DNA from: an uncultured Spirochaetota bacterium
GTDB taxonomy: Bacteria > Spirochaetota > Spirochaetia > SZUA-6 > Fen-1364
Assembly (NCBI GenBank): GCA_963781885.1
Contig: CAWAHW010000002.1
Location: 64,001 to 128,000, forward strand
Direction: 5' to 3'
Length of the DNA stretch: 64,000 nucleotides
This document shows positions 31,572 to 42,410 of the stretch, one piece after another. Every line of letters starts with the position of its first letter. Position 1 is the stretch's first letter. The position numbers and the translations under genes were made by a program. The notes beneath the pieces were generated by a model, which saw only the letters and a list, made by a program, of their open reading frames with translations, had not been told where the DNA came from and did not search any database.

Positions 31572-33857
31572 ATGGACATATCTCCCGAGCTGAACAAGAT
31601 CATCGTCGCCGCGTATCACGAGGCTGAGACGCGCGGGCACGAATACCTCACGCCCGAGCACGTGCTCTTTGCCTCTCTTTTCTTCGACCGCGGCAAGGAG
31701 ATCATCCTCTCCTGCGGCGGGAACATCGAGCGCCTCGCGCGCGACCTGGAGGAGTTCTTCAAGACCCGGCTTCCCGTGGCCCGCAACGCGAAGCCCATCC
31801 AGTCCACCGGCTTTCAGACTGTCATGGAAAGCGCCATCCTCCACACCGCCTCGGCGGAAAAGGATTCCGTGGAGATCGACGACATCCTCGCCTCCATGAT
31901 GGAGGAGAAGGAATCATTCGCCGCGCATTTCCTCGCCCGGCAGGGCATCGACAGGCTCGCGCTCCTCTCCTTCATTTCTCACGGGGTGACCGTGTATCCC
32001 GATACCGACGAGGATGAGGATGATGACGAGGAGGAGACGGAGGAAGCCGAGCACGCCGGGGCGGAGGCGGACGCGCCGCGGGAGAAGGGCCGCGCGAGCC
32101 GGCCGCTTGCCGCATACGCGGTGGATCTCACGGAGAAGGCGCGGGCAGGGGGCATCGACCCGCTCATCGGCCGCGACGACATCCTCCAGCGCACCATCCA
32201 GGTCCTCTGCCGGAGGCTGAAGAACAACCCCATCCACGTCGGGGAGCCGGGCGTCGGCAAGACGGCCATCACGGAGGGGCTCGCCCAGATGATCGTGGAC
32301 GAAAAGGTGCCCAAGGCCCTGCGCGGCTACCGCATCTACGCGCTGGACATGGGCGCGCTCCTGGCCGGCACGAAGTTCCGCGGTGATTTCGAGGAGCGCC
32401 TGAAGAAGGTCATCAAGGAGCTGGAGAAGCAGGACCGTGCCATCCTTTTCATCGATGAGATCCACACCGTGGTCGGCGCGGGGTCCGTGTCGGGCGGCTC
32501 GCTGGACGCCTCCAATATCCTGAAACCGGCGCTCAGCTCGGGCACGCTGCGCTGCATCGGCTCCACGACCTATGAGGACTACCGCAAGTTCTTCGACAAG
32601 GACCGGGCGCTGTCGCGCCGGTTCCAGAAGATCGAGGTGCCCGAGCCCACGGTGGAAGAGGCGCACAGGATCCTCCAGGGACTGCGGGAGAAGTATGAAA
32701 GCTACCACGAGGTGCGCTTCAGCGATGAGGCGTTGAAGGCCGCGGCGGAGCTTTCGGCCACGTTCATCAACGACCGGCATTTGCCCGACAAGGCGATCGA
32801 CGTTCTGGACGAGGCAGGCGCCTGGGTCCGCGTCTACGGGCCCGAGACGGATTCCGCGGCAGGGCCGCGCCCCGTGGACGTGAAGATCATCGAGCAGGTG
32901 GTGGCCCGGATCGCGAAGATACCCGAGGCGAGCGTGACGGCGGGCGAGCGCGAGAGGCTGCGCGACCTTGCGGCCGGGCTGAAGCATCGCGTCTTCGGGC
33001 AGGACCACGCCATCGACCTTGTCGTGCGCGCCATCCGCAAGTCGCGGGCCGGTTTCGGCGAGCGCGACAAGCCGGTGGCGTCCCTGCTCTTTGCCGGGCC
33101 CACCGGCGTCGGCAAGACGGAGCTCGCGCGGCAGCTCGCGCAGATACTCGGCGTGGGCCTCCTGCGTTTCGACATGAGCGAATACCAGGAGAAGCACACC
33201 GTGTCGCGCCTCATCGGTGCGCCTCCCGGCTATGTCGGGTACGACGATGGCGGTCTCCTCACGGATTCGGTGCGCAAGACCCCCCATGCCGTTCTCCTCC
33301 TGGACGAGATCGAGAAGGCGCACCCGGATATCTACAACATGCTGCTGCAGATCATGGATTACGCCACGCTCACGGACAACAACGGAAAGAAGGCGGATTT
33401 CCGCAATGTCGTTCTCATCATGACCTCCAACGCGGGCGCCCGTGAGATGGGAAAACCGCTGGTGGGTTTCGGCGACAGGGCGGTGGCGGACGATGCGGTG
33501 TTCGACGCGGTGGAGAGGGTCTTCTCACCCGAGTTCCGCAATCGCCTGGACGCGGTGGTGAAGTTCAACGGTCTCGATCATGCCGTGGTTCTGCAGGTGG
33601 TGGGCAAGGCAGTGGCGGAGTTCCAGGAGGAGCTTGCCGCCAAGAATGTCACGCTGGAGGTGACGCCCGCCTGTGCGGAATGGCTGGCCCGCAAGGGTTA
33701 TTCGCAGGAGTTCGGCGCCCGCGAGATCGCGCGTCTTGTCTCCACGAAGCTCAAGGATTTCTTCGTCGACGAGATACTCTTCGGAAGGCTTGCCAACGGC
33801 GGTCGGGCGCAGGCGGACATCAAGGACGACGCCGTGGTCCTCACCGTTCTCACCTGA
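31572..33857 (+). CDS. clpA: ATP-dependent Clp protease ATP-binding subunit ClpA
   Basis: HEYLTPEH N-domain; two AAA modules ([16 protein letters not shown]); FDMSEY; follows clpS. Confidence 0.95.
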   Translation: MDISPELNKIIVAAYHEAETRGHEYLTPEHVLFASLFFDRGKEIILSCGGNIERLARDLEEFFKTRLPVARNAKPIQSTGFQTVMESAILHTASAEKDSVEIDDILASMMEEKESFAAHFLARQGIDRLALLSFISHGVTVYPDTDEDEDDDEEETEEAEHAGAEADAPREKGRASRPLAAYAVDLTEKARAGGIDPLIGRDDILQRTIQVLCRRLKNNPIHVGEPGVGKTAITEGLAQMIVDEKVPKALRGYRIYALDMGALLAGTKFRGDFEERLKKVIKELEKQDRAILFIDEIHTVVGAGSVSGGSLDASNILKPALSSGTLRCIGSTTYEDYRKFFDKDRALSRRFQKIEVPEPTVEEAHRILQGLREKYESYHEVRFSDEALKAAAELSATFINDRHLPDKAIDVLDEAGAWVRVYGPETDSAAGPRPVDVKIIEQVVARIAKIPEASVTAGERERLRDLAAGLKHRVFGQDHAIDLVVRAIRKSRAGFGERDKPVASLLFAGPTGVGKTELARQLAQILGVGLLRFDMSEYQEKHTVSRLIGAPPGYVGYDDGGLLTDSVRKTPHAVLLLDEIEKAHPDIYNMLLQIMDYATLTDNNGKKADFRNVVLIMTSNAGAREMGKPLVGFGDRAVADDAVFDAVERVFSPEFRNRLDAVVKFNGLDHAVVLQVVGKAVAEFQEELAAKNVTLEVTPACAEWLARKGYSQEFGAREIARLVSTKLKDFFVDEILFGRLANGGRAQADIKDDAVVLTVLT

Positions 33858-34582
33858 ACGCCGTGCTCTGGGTCACGGCGGCACGCAGGCGCCCGAGATA
33901 CTCGACCCGCGGTATTTCCACGGCACCCATCGACGCAAGATGCGGCGTGAGGAACTGCACGTCGAAAAGGCGGTAACCGCCTGCCCGCAGCCTTTCTTCC
34001 ATGCCGATGAGCGCCACCTTCGACGCATTCTCTTCACCTGAAAACATCGACTCACCGGCGAAGAAGCCTCCGACAGCCACGCCGTAGAGGCCGCCCACGA
34101 GGCGCCCGTCATGCCAGACCTCCACGCTGTGGGCATACCCCAGCTCGAACAGGCGCGTGTAGGCGGTGATAAACTGCGGCGTGATCCAGAACGCCGTCCC
34201 GGCCGGGGCGCGGACCTGCACATTCCTCCATCACGCGGCGGAAGGCGCTGTCGGCGCTGACGGTGAATCCTGCCTGCCGCAGCACCTTGCGCATGCTGTG
34301 GGAGACGTGCACGCCGCCGATGGGCATGATGGCGCGCGGATCGGGCGACCACCACGTGATGGGATGCGTCGTCCAGGGAAATATGCCGTTGCTGTAGGCG
34401 TGCACGAGCGTGCCGGGCGAGAGGTCGCCGCCCACGGCGAGGAAACCGTCGGGGTCGGCGGTATCCGGATGGGGAAACCGGAAACGCGTCGCCAGCCGCG
34501 GCCCACCGGGGCTCCCGTCAGGCGCGCGGAAATCTTCAGAGCCCCGATGAGGCTCGCTAGAGCCCAGCTTTTCGGAGGGCAT
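33850..34582 (-). CDS. aat: Leucyl/phenylalanyl-tRNA-protein transferase (frameshift near 34210; start uncertain)
   Basis: GGDLS..L..AY..GIFPW, WWSPDPR, WIT, AHSVEVW, GGLYG, GESMF, ASK motifs across two frames. Confidence 0.9.
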
Positions 34583-35361
34583 CCTCAGCGCTCATGCCGT
34601 CGTGGATCACGGCCTTGAATGCCTTTACGTTCGCCGTCACATTCGCGAAGCCCCAGATGTTGCGGCCGATGGTCGCCCCGGATGCCCCGCTCTTCATCAC
34701 ATCGCCCATCATCGCGAGCGAGCTTTTCAGGTCGGCGGCCTGGGGACCGCCCGGCGGCCACGATCCGCACGGGGCTCGTGGAGACGATCTGCCGATACGC
34801 CTCGATGTTGCCGCAGTACGGCACCTTGATCAGGTCGACGCCCAGCTCGATGGCACAGCGCGCGGCCCACGCGATGTCCTCCGGGGCGTAGGAGATCCGC
34901 ACGCTCCCGGCCGCGAATATGCGCGGGTAGGTGTGGCAGATGACGGGCATGTCGTAGCGCTCCGCCTCGCGAACGGCTCCTGCCACCGCGCGCATGTAGG
35001 CGGCCTCCGTGGGTCCGCGCACGAAGCAGACAAGTGCATACGCGTCGGCGCCCAGCCGGACCGCGTCCTCGGGCGTGGCGGCCAGCTCCATCGCCGAGTC
35101 GTCCGTGCGCACGAGGCTTGCCTGCAGGATCATCGGCACCACACCGGCATAATCCGGCCAGAGATTGCGGGCGATCCCGATCTGCATCGTGACGGCGTCC
35201 GGCCTGCCTTTCACGACGAGCTTCAGCGTCGTGGGCAGGTCGCGAAGCCCTTCGGGAAGACCATCCGGGTAGGTCATGAAGTGATCGACGGCCACCGAGC
35301 AGAGCCTGCCCGACGCATGGCCGAATATCCTATTGAGCCTGACGAGCTTTCCCGTGTTCAT
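34557..35361 (-). CDS. DhnA/LsrF-type class I aldolase (frameshift near 34750)
   Basis: VAVDH, AVRLGADA, ELGVDLIKVPY (Schiff-base Lys), AGG, GRNIW in the shifted frame. Confidence 0.85.
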
Positions 35362-35533
35362 ACTCCCGTGGATGATAGTGGGAAGACCTCCGCGGGACAA
35401 GGGCTGCGCTCGGCTTCCGGGCGCTGCACTTGCCTCTCCCGCGATGCCTCGATAGGGTGACGGCCATGCGCCCGCCCGCTCGTTCTTGGTGCACGATTTT
35501 CGGCGCCGCATTTTCCCAGAGGAAGACGCTGGC

Positions 35534-36471
35534 ATGAAACGCGCCGGCGCGGTGATCCTCAACGATTCGCTCCTGCTGCTCACCGCCCTGATCTGGGGCC
35601 TGGCGTTCGTCGCCCAGCGCGTCGGCATGGAGCACGTCGGGCCCTTCACCTACAACGCCGTGCGCTTCGGCATCGGCTCGCTGTTGCTCGTGCCCGTGAT
35701 TCTCATCCGCGACGCGCTCGCGCGGCGAAAGGGCCTGGTGTCGCCGAACGGCGCGCCGCCGGCGTCGCGCTGGATAGACCCCGTTCGCGCGGGATTGATC
35801 GCCGGCGGCGTGCTCTTTTTCGGCGCATCCCTCCAGCAGATCGGCATCGTGTCCACCACCGCGGGCAAGGCGGGGTTCATCACGGGTCTCTACGTCGTGC
35901 TCGTGCCGCTGGTCGGGCTCTTCTTCCGCCAGCGCGCGGGCGGGAGCGCGTGGATCGGGGCGACGCTTTCCGTCATCGGCCTCTTCCTCCTCAGCATGAC
36001 GGATGCGCTTTCCATCGCCGCGGCGATCTGCTGGTTCTCATCGGCGCGCTTTTCTGGACCGCGCACGTGCAGGTGGTCGGGATGCTCTCTCCCCGCACGG
36101 ACCCGGTGAAGCTCGCCTGCGTGCAATTCGTCGTCTGCTCGCTGGCAAGCGCGGCCGGCGCGCTTCTCACGGAACATCCCGACCTGTCGTCCATCCTCGC
36201 CGGCGCCGTGCCCATCCTCTACGGCGGTCTGTTCTCCGTCGGCATCGCCTTCACGCTGCAGGTGGTGGCCCAGGGGAAAGCGCCCCCCGCGCATGCGGCG
36301 ATCATCCTGAGTCTCGAAAGCGTCTTCGCGGCGATCGGCGGCGGCATCATCCTCGGCGAGCGGCTGGGGGCGCGCGGCGTCGTGGGCTGCGCGGTGATGC
36401 TTCTCGGCATGCTCGTCTCCCAGGCACCGCTCGTTTTCGCATCGCTTGCCCGGGGAAAACAGGGCGGATAG
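35534..36471 (+). CDS. EamA/DMT-family permease (frameshift near 36025)
   Basis: IWGLAFVAQ, GPFTYNAVRF, LQQIG, AGFITGLYVV, SLESVF motifs; about 10 TM segments. Confidence 0.88.
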
Positions 36472-36484
36472 ACTCTGGGACATC

Positions 36485-37104
36485 ATGGGAAGCGCTGAAT
36501 CCGCCTCGACGCAGATACTCCGCCTGCTGGGCGGCCTTGCCGGCGTGCAGGCGGCGCGGCGGCTTTCCCCGGAACAGCTCCGTCGCGTCTGCGAGCTGGA
36601 GACGCGCTTCGAGTCGTCTTCCGTCATTCCGGTCCGCAACATCGGGGTGCGTCTCCTGTCCGCGCGCGACGCCTGTTTCCTTCTCCTGAAGGATGGCACC
36701 TTCCGTCCCCCAAAAGTGCCGACGGTCTATCTCGTGGAGGAGAGTGCGCGGGAAGGATCGCCGCATGCGCTGTGCGTCGATGGCATCTGGTACACCGTCG
36801 TCGGCGAAGAGATCATCGATAAAGCGCGCCGCGCGGAGAGGCGGTGATTCCCCTGGGCAGCTCGTTCGCGATCTACCCTGAAAGACGCGTCAATGCCGGC
36901 CTGCCGTGCACGTTCATCCTCCCCCCCATCGGGTTCCCCGAGCTGGAAGGGCGGATCGAGGGCCTGGGCATCTCGCGTATCATCAGCATCAGTCCATCGC
37001 TCGCGGCCGACGGGTATCTGCGGACCGCATTCGATTTTCCGCCGACCAACCGGCTGGCAACGCTCCTCATCGGCTGCGACCTGCCGCGGTCCGCGGGGGC
37101 GTGA
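36485..37104 (+). CDS. Conserved hypothetical protein, probably one frameshifted gene (ORFs 36485-36847 and 36844-37104)
   Basis: Protein-like composition (FRPP, VGEE, LPPIGFPEL, SISP, ATLLIG); overlapping ORFs. Confidence 0.55.
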
Positions 37105-37161
37105 CGCGCCGCGCGCTCCGCTTGATGCGAAGCCCCCAAGGGGTTACTTTCTACGACAGTC

Positions 37162-38153
37162 ATGAAAAAAAACGTGGTCCCCCAGGTCCGGCAAAGCCGC
37201 GCTTCTGCGCACGGCGTCTCTCTTCTCTTCCCTCGATGAGGGCGAGCTTGCCTTGCTTGCGCGCTACAGCGGCTACCGGTCGTACGACGCGGGGCAGGTG
37301 ATATTCGCGCAGGGCTCGCACCGGGAGGAGCTTTTCCTGATCAAGGACGGCACCGTCGTCATCCGCCGGCGCGGCGAGGACGACAGCGAGCGGGATATCG
37401 CGCAGTTCGTCGGCGGGGAGGTTTTCGGCGAGATGGACCTCCTGGACACCGCGCCGCGCACCGCCTCTGCCGTCGCGGAAGGCCCGACCCGGCTGCTCGT
37501 GTTCCCCGACGGCATCGAGTTCGCGCGGCTTCTCGACCAGCACCCCGAGACCTTTGCCCGCATCCTCCGCAAGCTCCTGGGGGAGATCGCGCGGCGCATC
37601 CGCGCCATCGACCGTCTCATGTCGGAAAAGACCCCGTGGATCGAGGACCTGAAGAGACAGCTCCACCGCGACAAGCTCACGGGTCTCTGGAACAGGCTGT
37701 ACCTGGAAGAGGAGCTTCCGCGCATCGTGACGGCGCATCCGCCGCACGAGCCTCCTCGTGGTGAAGCCCGACAACTTCAAGGCCATCAACGACACCTTCG
37801 GCCACGAGGCGGGTGACAAAGCGCTCGTGCTGCTCGCCGACGCGGTGAAGTCGCGTCTCAGCGATGGCGACATCGCGGCGCGCTACCGGGGGGACGAATA
37901 CTGCGTCATCCTGCCCGGTCGCGGCACCTCCGAGGCAGCCGCGGCGGCGGAGGGCTTGCGCGCCGCGGTGCGGGCCATCGACGTGCGCCAGGCAACTGGC
38001 AGCGACACCATCTCCCTCACCGGCAGCGTGGGCGTCTCCCAGTACCCCGCGCCTGCCGCGGACGCGAAGACGCTCGTGACGCGCGCCTTCGACCAGCTCT
38101 GGAAGGCGCGGGACGCCGGCGGGGACAGGATCCTCGTGGAGAAGGGCGCATGA
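37162..38153 (+). CDS. cNMP-binding domain-GGDEF(degenerate) protein (frameshifts near 37210 and 37745)
   Basis: IFAQG, FGEM...PRTASA cNMP cassette; DKLTGLWNR, KPDNFKAINDTFGH, RYRGDEY. Confidence 0.8.
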
Positions 38154-40303
38154 AGGCCCCGTCCCTCCTGGCGCGCGTCGGCGTTTTTTCCCTCCTCACG
38201 GAAGAGGAGATCGACCTTCTCTCGCCCCACCTCGCGCGCGTGGAGCTGGCCGCGGGGGAGGCGCTCTTTCACGAAGGCGAGCAGGGCAACGACCTGTACA
38301 TCCTGGCCGAAGGCGCCGCGGCGGCGAGCATCCGCCTGCCGGACGGCGGGACCCGGGAGATCGCCCGATTCGCCCCGGGCGACTTCTTCGGCGAGATGTC
38401 CATCTTTGACGACGCCCCCCGGTCGGCAACCTGCGCGGCCGTGGTGAAGAGCGCCCTGTTCAGCCTGTCGCGGGACGCTTTCACGGGCGTCATTGCGGAG
38501 CACCCCGGCATCGCGCTGAAGCTCATGTATCGCATGCTCAATATCACGACGCAGCGCCTGCGCGGCACCTCCGAGTTCGTTTCGGAGATGGTGCAGTGGG
38601 GCGAGGGCGCCCGCAAGCGCGCCGTCACGGACGAGCTCACCGGCGTCTACAACAGGCGCTTCCTGGAGGATTCGCTTCCCACGCTCGTGGCGGAGGCGGG
38701 GGAGAAGGGCGAGCCGATCTGCCTCGTCATGGTGGACCTCGACCACTTCCGCGGCATCAACGAGGCCTACGGCCACGTCACGGGGGATGAGACGATCAAG
38801 TCCGCGGCCCGCATCTTCCGCGGCTTGCTGCGGGAGACCGATCTCATCGCGCGCTACGGCGGGGACGAGTTCGTGATCGTGCTTCCCCGCACCGAGCCCG
38901 TCCTGGGAACGCGCCTCATGGCCGCCGTCTGCTCCGAGGTGGCGCGTCTTCCATTGCTGAAGGACAAAAAGGGTCCCATCACGACCGTGACGACGAGCAT
39001 GGGGGTCGCGGGTTTCCCCCTCCATGCCGCCGACCTGTCCGGCCTGCGCGCCGCCGCCGACGCGGCGCTCTACAAGGCCAAGGAAGAGGGGAGGAACCGC
39101 GTCATGTGCGCCGCCATGCCGATGCGCGTGGAGCCGGAGCACCCGGCGGCCAAACGCGCCATTCGTACCATTGCGGAGAAGAACCGCGTCATCGAGCGGA
39201 TCATCGCCGCCATGACCGATCGCCGCTCTTTCCTCGTCCTCGGGCACCAGAACCCCGACGACGACTGCATCTCTTCCATGATCTCCATCGCCCTCATCCT
39301 CCATATGTTCTACCGCAACGTCGTCCTCCACATCGGCTCGCAGGTGCACGAGCATTTCGCCTACCTCCTGGACATCTGCCGTTACAACGCCATCCCGATC
39401 ATCGGACCGGGAGACCCGGTGCCGGCGGGCGTCGACACGGCGGTGCTCTGCGACACCCCGAAGCCGTCCATGATGGAGGCGAGCGACGCCGTGCGGGAAT
39501 ACCTGAAAGACCCGAACGTCCTTCGCATCGAGATCGACCATCACCTGGCGGCCGACAGCGGCTACTGGGGCGACGAGGGCTACCGGCTGGTCACGGAGGC
39601 GTCCTCCGCGAGCGAGCTGGTCGGCCACATTTTGCTGAAGCTGGAGGGACGGCACGAGCTGCTGGAGCGCCACCAGATCGCGGAGCTCTTCCCGCGGAAC
39701 CTCGTGCTTGCCATCCTCACGGGCATCATCGGGGACTCGAACATGGGCCAGTACCTGAAGTCCCGGCGCGAAAAGCGCTACTACCAGATATTCTCCACCA
39801 TGTTCAACGACATGCTGTCCCGCCGCACGACGAAGAAGACGAACTTCTTCACGATGGACCAGGTCTTCACGGAGCTGCAGAAGCTCTCCACCCACGAGCA
39901 GGGGTGCTACAGCTACATGATGGAACGAAAAAAGACCGTGGGCTCCGTGACGCTCGTGGCGCTGTCGGAGCCCGAGATGAACCAGCTGTACAACTCCTGC
40001 GACGACGACACGATCATCTCCTCCGCGCGCGTCATCGCCGACCGGCTGGCCGAGGAGAGCGGCAAGCTCGGGCTGATCGCCTACTACGACAACCCTGCGC
40101 GCTCCGACCTCGTGCAGTTCCGCCTCCGCCGGGCAGGGGGGTGGAAGGGATACGACCTGCGCGGCTTTCTCACCCAGTTCAAGATCGCAAACGGCGGCGG
40201 GCACGAGGGTGCCATCGGCTTCCGGGTTCCGCGCGGGGAGATACCCGATTTCCGCGCCTACGTCGCCGATCTTCTCAAGGGGATCGAGGCGACGATCGCG
40301 TAG
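38150..40303 (+). CDS. cNMP-binding-GGDEF-DHH/DHHA1 fusion protein
   Basis: FFGEM...PRSAT; DLDHF, RETD I-site, RYGGDEF; GHQNPDDD, CDTP, IDHH, GIIGDS, GGGHEGAIG in one 717-aa frame. Confidence 0.88.
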   Translation: MKAPSLLARVGVFSLLTEEEIDLLSPHLARVELAAGEALFHEGEQGNDLYILAEGAAAASIRLPDGGTREIARFAPGDFFGEMSIFDDAPRSATCAAVVKSALFSLSRDAFTGVIAEHPGIALKLMYRMLNITTQRLRGTSEFVSEMVQWGEGARKRAVTDELTGVYNRRFLEDSLPTLVAEAGEKGEPICLVMVDLDHFRGINEAYGHVTGDETIKSAARIFRGLLRETDLIARYGGDEFVIVLPRTEPVLGTRLMAAVCSEVARLPLLKDKKGPITTVTTSMGVAGFPLHAADLSGLRAAADAALYKAKEEGRNRVMCAAMPMRVEPEHPAAKRAIRTIAEKNRVIERIIAAMTDRRSFLVLGHQNPDDDCISSMISIALILHMFYRNVVLHIGSQVHEHFAYLLDICRYNAIPIIGPGDPVPAGVDTAVLCDTPKPSMMEASDAVREYLKDPNVLRIEIDHHLAADSGYWGDEGYRLVTEASSASELVGHILLKLEGRHELLERHQIAELFPRNLVLAILTGIIGDSNMGQYLKSRREKRYYQIFSTMFNDMLSRRTTKKTNFFTMDQVFTELQKLSTHEQGCYSYMMERKKTVGSVTLVALSEPEMNQLYNSCDDDTIISSARVIADRLAEESGKLGLIAYYDNPARSDLVQFRLRRAGGWKGYDLRGFLTQFKIANGGGHEGAIGFRVPRGEIPDFRAYVADLLKGIEATIA

Positions 40304-41597
40304 GCGGCTCCTCCGCGGACGACGGGTCCTCCATTTTCCTTCGATAGCGCAGCGGCGGCTGCCCCTCCAGCGCGCGGAACGTCTTCGTGAAGTGGCTCTG
40401 GTCGAAGAAGCCGCATTCCGATGCGATCTCCGCCATGGAGCGGTCCGTATTCTTCAACAGGTACACGGCATAGTCGACGCGCAGCCGCGCGATGTACGCG
40501 GAGAGCGACACTCCGGCGTGGGCGCGGAAGAGATGGAGCGCCCGGCTCACGCTGAGGCCGGCCGCCGCGGCCACGTCGCGCGCGGCGACCTTTGACGCGA
40601 AATTGCGCGACAGGTAGTCCTTCATCCGCGTCATGTGCGCCAGGGCGGCGCGTCCGCGCTCCTCCGAGACGGCGCGGGTGAAGTTCTCCAGCGCCTTCGT
40701 GACCTTCCAGAAAAGGTCGTCGTAGCCCGTGGCGGCATTGATGTCCGTGAGATAGGAGTAGCGCGAGCCCAGGAGGCCCTCCGCGCTGATACCCTTTCCC
40801 ATGGCGGCGCGCGAGATGATGACGATCAGCTCCAGCAGGCGCACCTTCAGCATGTCGAAGTGCGCGCCGCTCTCCAGGAAGATGACGCCGAGGAAACGGT
40901 TGATGATCTCCCGCGAGCCGCGCAGATCGCCGAGCACGACCTTGTCGATGATCTCGTTCTGCATGCTCACGAGCGACGTGAGGAGATCGGTCCCGTTCGC
41001 ACGCGCTTCCTCGAGGTAATTGGCGATGCTGAACTGCTGGATGCTCTTTTCGCGGCTCTCCGCCACCTGCTCGACGTCGTTCATGCCGTAGGCGGCGGAC
41101 AGGTCGAAGAGCATGCGCCCGTGCCGGCGCACGCTCTCCGAGGTGAGGGTGCGAAAACGCAGGCGCGCGCGGGGGCCGAGCCCCGAGCGGATGCGGTGCC
41201 GGCGCAACCGCTGGATCACCTCCTCGCGCATGCCCGCCTCCATCTGCGGAAAGATGCAGAAGCCGCTCAGAAGGCCCGCGACGAGCGTCTTGTCCGCGGA
41301 CAGGGCCACGGCGAAAGTGACCAGGCCGAAGGGGCAGATGGAAATGTAGGGCTCGCCCCAGCGGAATGACTCCTCGACGGCCTTGCACCGGTAGTCGCGG
41401 CACAGCCGCCCCCGGGTCGGCGAGCGCGGGAGGCGCGCGCAGAGGCCGCACCCGCCGAGCTTCCAGACCTCCCTCCCGCGCTCGTCCACCAGGGAAAGGG
41501 GCAGCCCGCTTGCGGCGCGATACTCGGTGCCCAGCCGCTGGACCTTGCGCATGTCGAGGGGGATTCTATGGTGCGTCGCCCGCGGAACAGTGGCCAT
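40275..41597 (-). CDS. PocR-sensor AraC-family transcriptional regulator
   Basis: Cys-containing PocR-like N-terminus (CGLC...LC...ICPFGL); C-terminal IASECGFFDQSHFTKTF HTH; start uncertain. Confidence 0.85.
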   Translation of the reverse strand: MATVPRATHHRIPLDMRKVQRLGTEYRAASGLPLSLVDERGREVWKLGGCGLCARLPRSPTRGRLCRDYRCKAVEESFRWGEPYISICPFGLVTFAVALSADKTLVAGLLSGFCIFPQMEAGMREEVIQRLRRHRIRSGLGPRARLRFRTLTSESVRRHGRMLFDLSAAYGMNDVEQVAESREKSIQQFSIANYLEEARANGTDLLTSLVSMQNEIIDKVVLGDLRGSREIINRFLGVIFLESGAHFDMLKVRLLELIVIISRAAMGKGISAEGLLGSRYSYLTDINAATGYDDLFWKVTKALENFTRAVSEERGRAALAHMTRMKDYLSRNFASKVAARDVAAAAGLSVSRALHLFRAHAGVSLSAYIARLRVDYAVYLLKNTDRSMAEIASECGFFDQSHFTKTFRALEGQPPLRYRRKMEDPSSAEEPPTRSSPRSP

Positions 41598-41718
41598 GGA
41601 TAGCATGATTTTACAAAAATACCGTGGGCATGTACAATAACCCTCCCCCCCGGCCGCGCTACAGTGCTCCCTGACAGGACAACGGGACGCCCGCGGGGCG
41701 TCGGAAACGGAGGAAAAG

Positions 41719-42354
41719 ATGGCGACACTGCTGGAGCTTTCCGAGGCGATCCAGAAAGGGAATGCACCCAAGGCGAAGGAGCTCACGAGCGCCCTCCTGG
41801 CCGAAAAGATGGGAGCGGGGGACGTGCTCAACAAGGGGCTACTGGACGGCATGGAGAAGGTGGGCCGGCGGTTCAAGGCGAACGAGATCTACATCCCCGA
41901 GGTGCTCATTGCGGCGCGCGCCATGAACCAGAGCATGGACATACTCAAGCCGGAGCTCGTGAAGGCGGGTGTGAAGCCGGTGGGCAAGATGCTGCTGGGC
42001 ACCGTGAAGGGCGACCTGCACGACATCGGCAAGAATCTCGTAAAGATGATGGCCCAGGGCGCCGGTCTGGACGTCGTGGATCTCGGCATCGACGTGTCGG
42101 CGGACAAGTTCGTCCAGGGACTGAAGGACAACCCCGATGCGCGGACGGTCGGCATGTCGGCGCTCCTCACGACCACGATGACGGGCATGAAGGAGGTCAT
42201 CGACCGGTTCCAGAAGGAAGGGTTGCGCGGCAAGGTGAAGATCCTGGTTGGCGGCGCGCCTCTCACCGACCAGTACGCAAAGGAAATCGGCGCCGACGGC
42301 TATGCACCGGACGCGGCGAGCGCCGCGGAGAAGTTCAAGGCCTTCGTCTCATAG
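41719..42354 (+). CDS. Methyltransferase-associated corrinoid protein (MtaC/MttC-like)
   Basis: GMEKVG..F...EIYIPEV, GTVKGDLHDIGKNLV, SALLTTTM, VGGAP. Confidence 0.93.
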   Translation: MATLLELSEAIQKGNAPKAKELTSALLAEKMGAGDVLNKGLLDGMEKVGRRFKANEIYIPEVLIAARAMNQSMDILKPELVKAGVKPVGKMLLGTVKGDLHDIGKNLVKMMAQGAGLDVVDLGIDVSADKFVQGLKDNPDARTVGMSALLTTTMTGMKEVIDRFQKEGLRGKVKILVGGAPLTDQYAKEIGADGYAPDAASAAEKFKAFVS

Positions 42355-42410
42355 AGAGCCCTTTCGCTGCTGGCGGAGTTCTTCCGCTCCTGGCGGAGTT
42401 GGAGGTTCAC

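Noticed and set aside
31254-34582. clpS-clpA-aat cluster as a novel system
   Set aside because: This is the well-known bacterial N-degron pathway arrangement
37883-40204. Long antisense ORFs (this 773-aa one, 21396-23729, 12025-13692, 52067-54058 and others)
   Set aside because: They mirror well-supported genes on the opposite strand, as expected from high-GC codon bias, and carry no motifs
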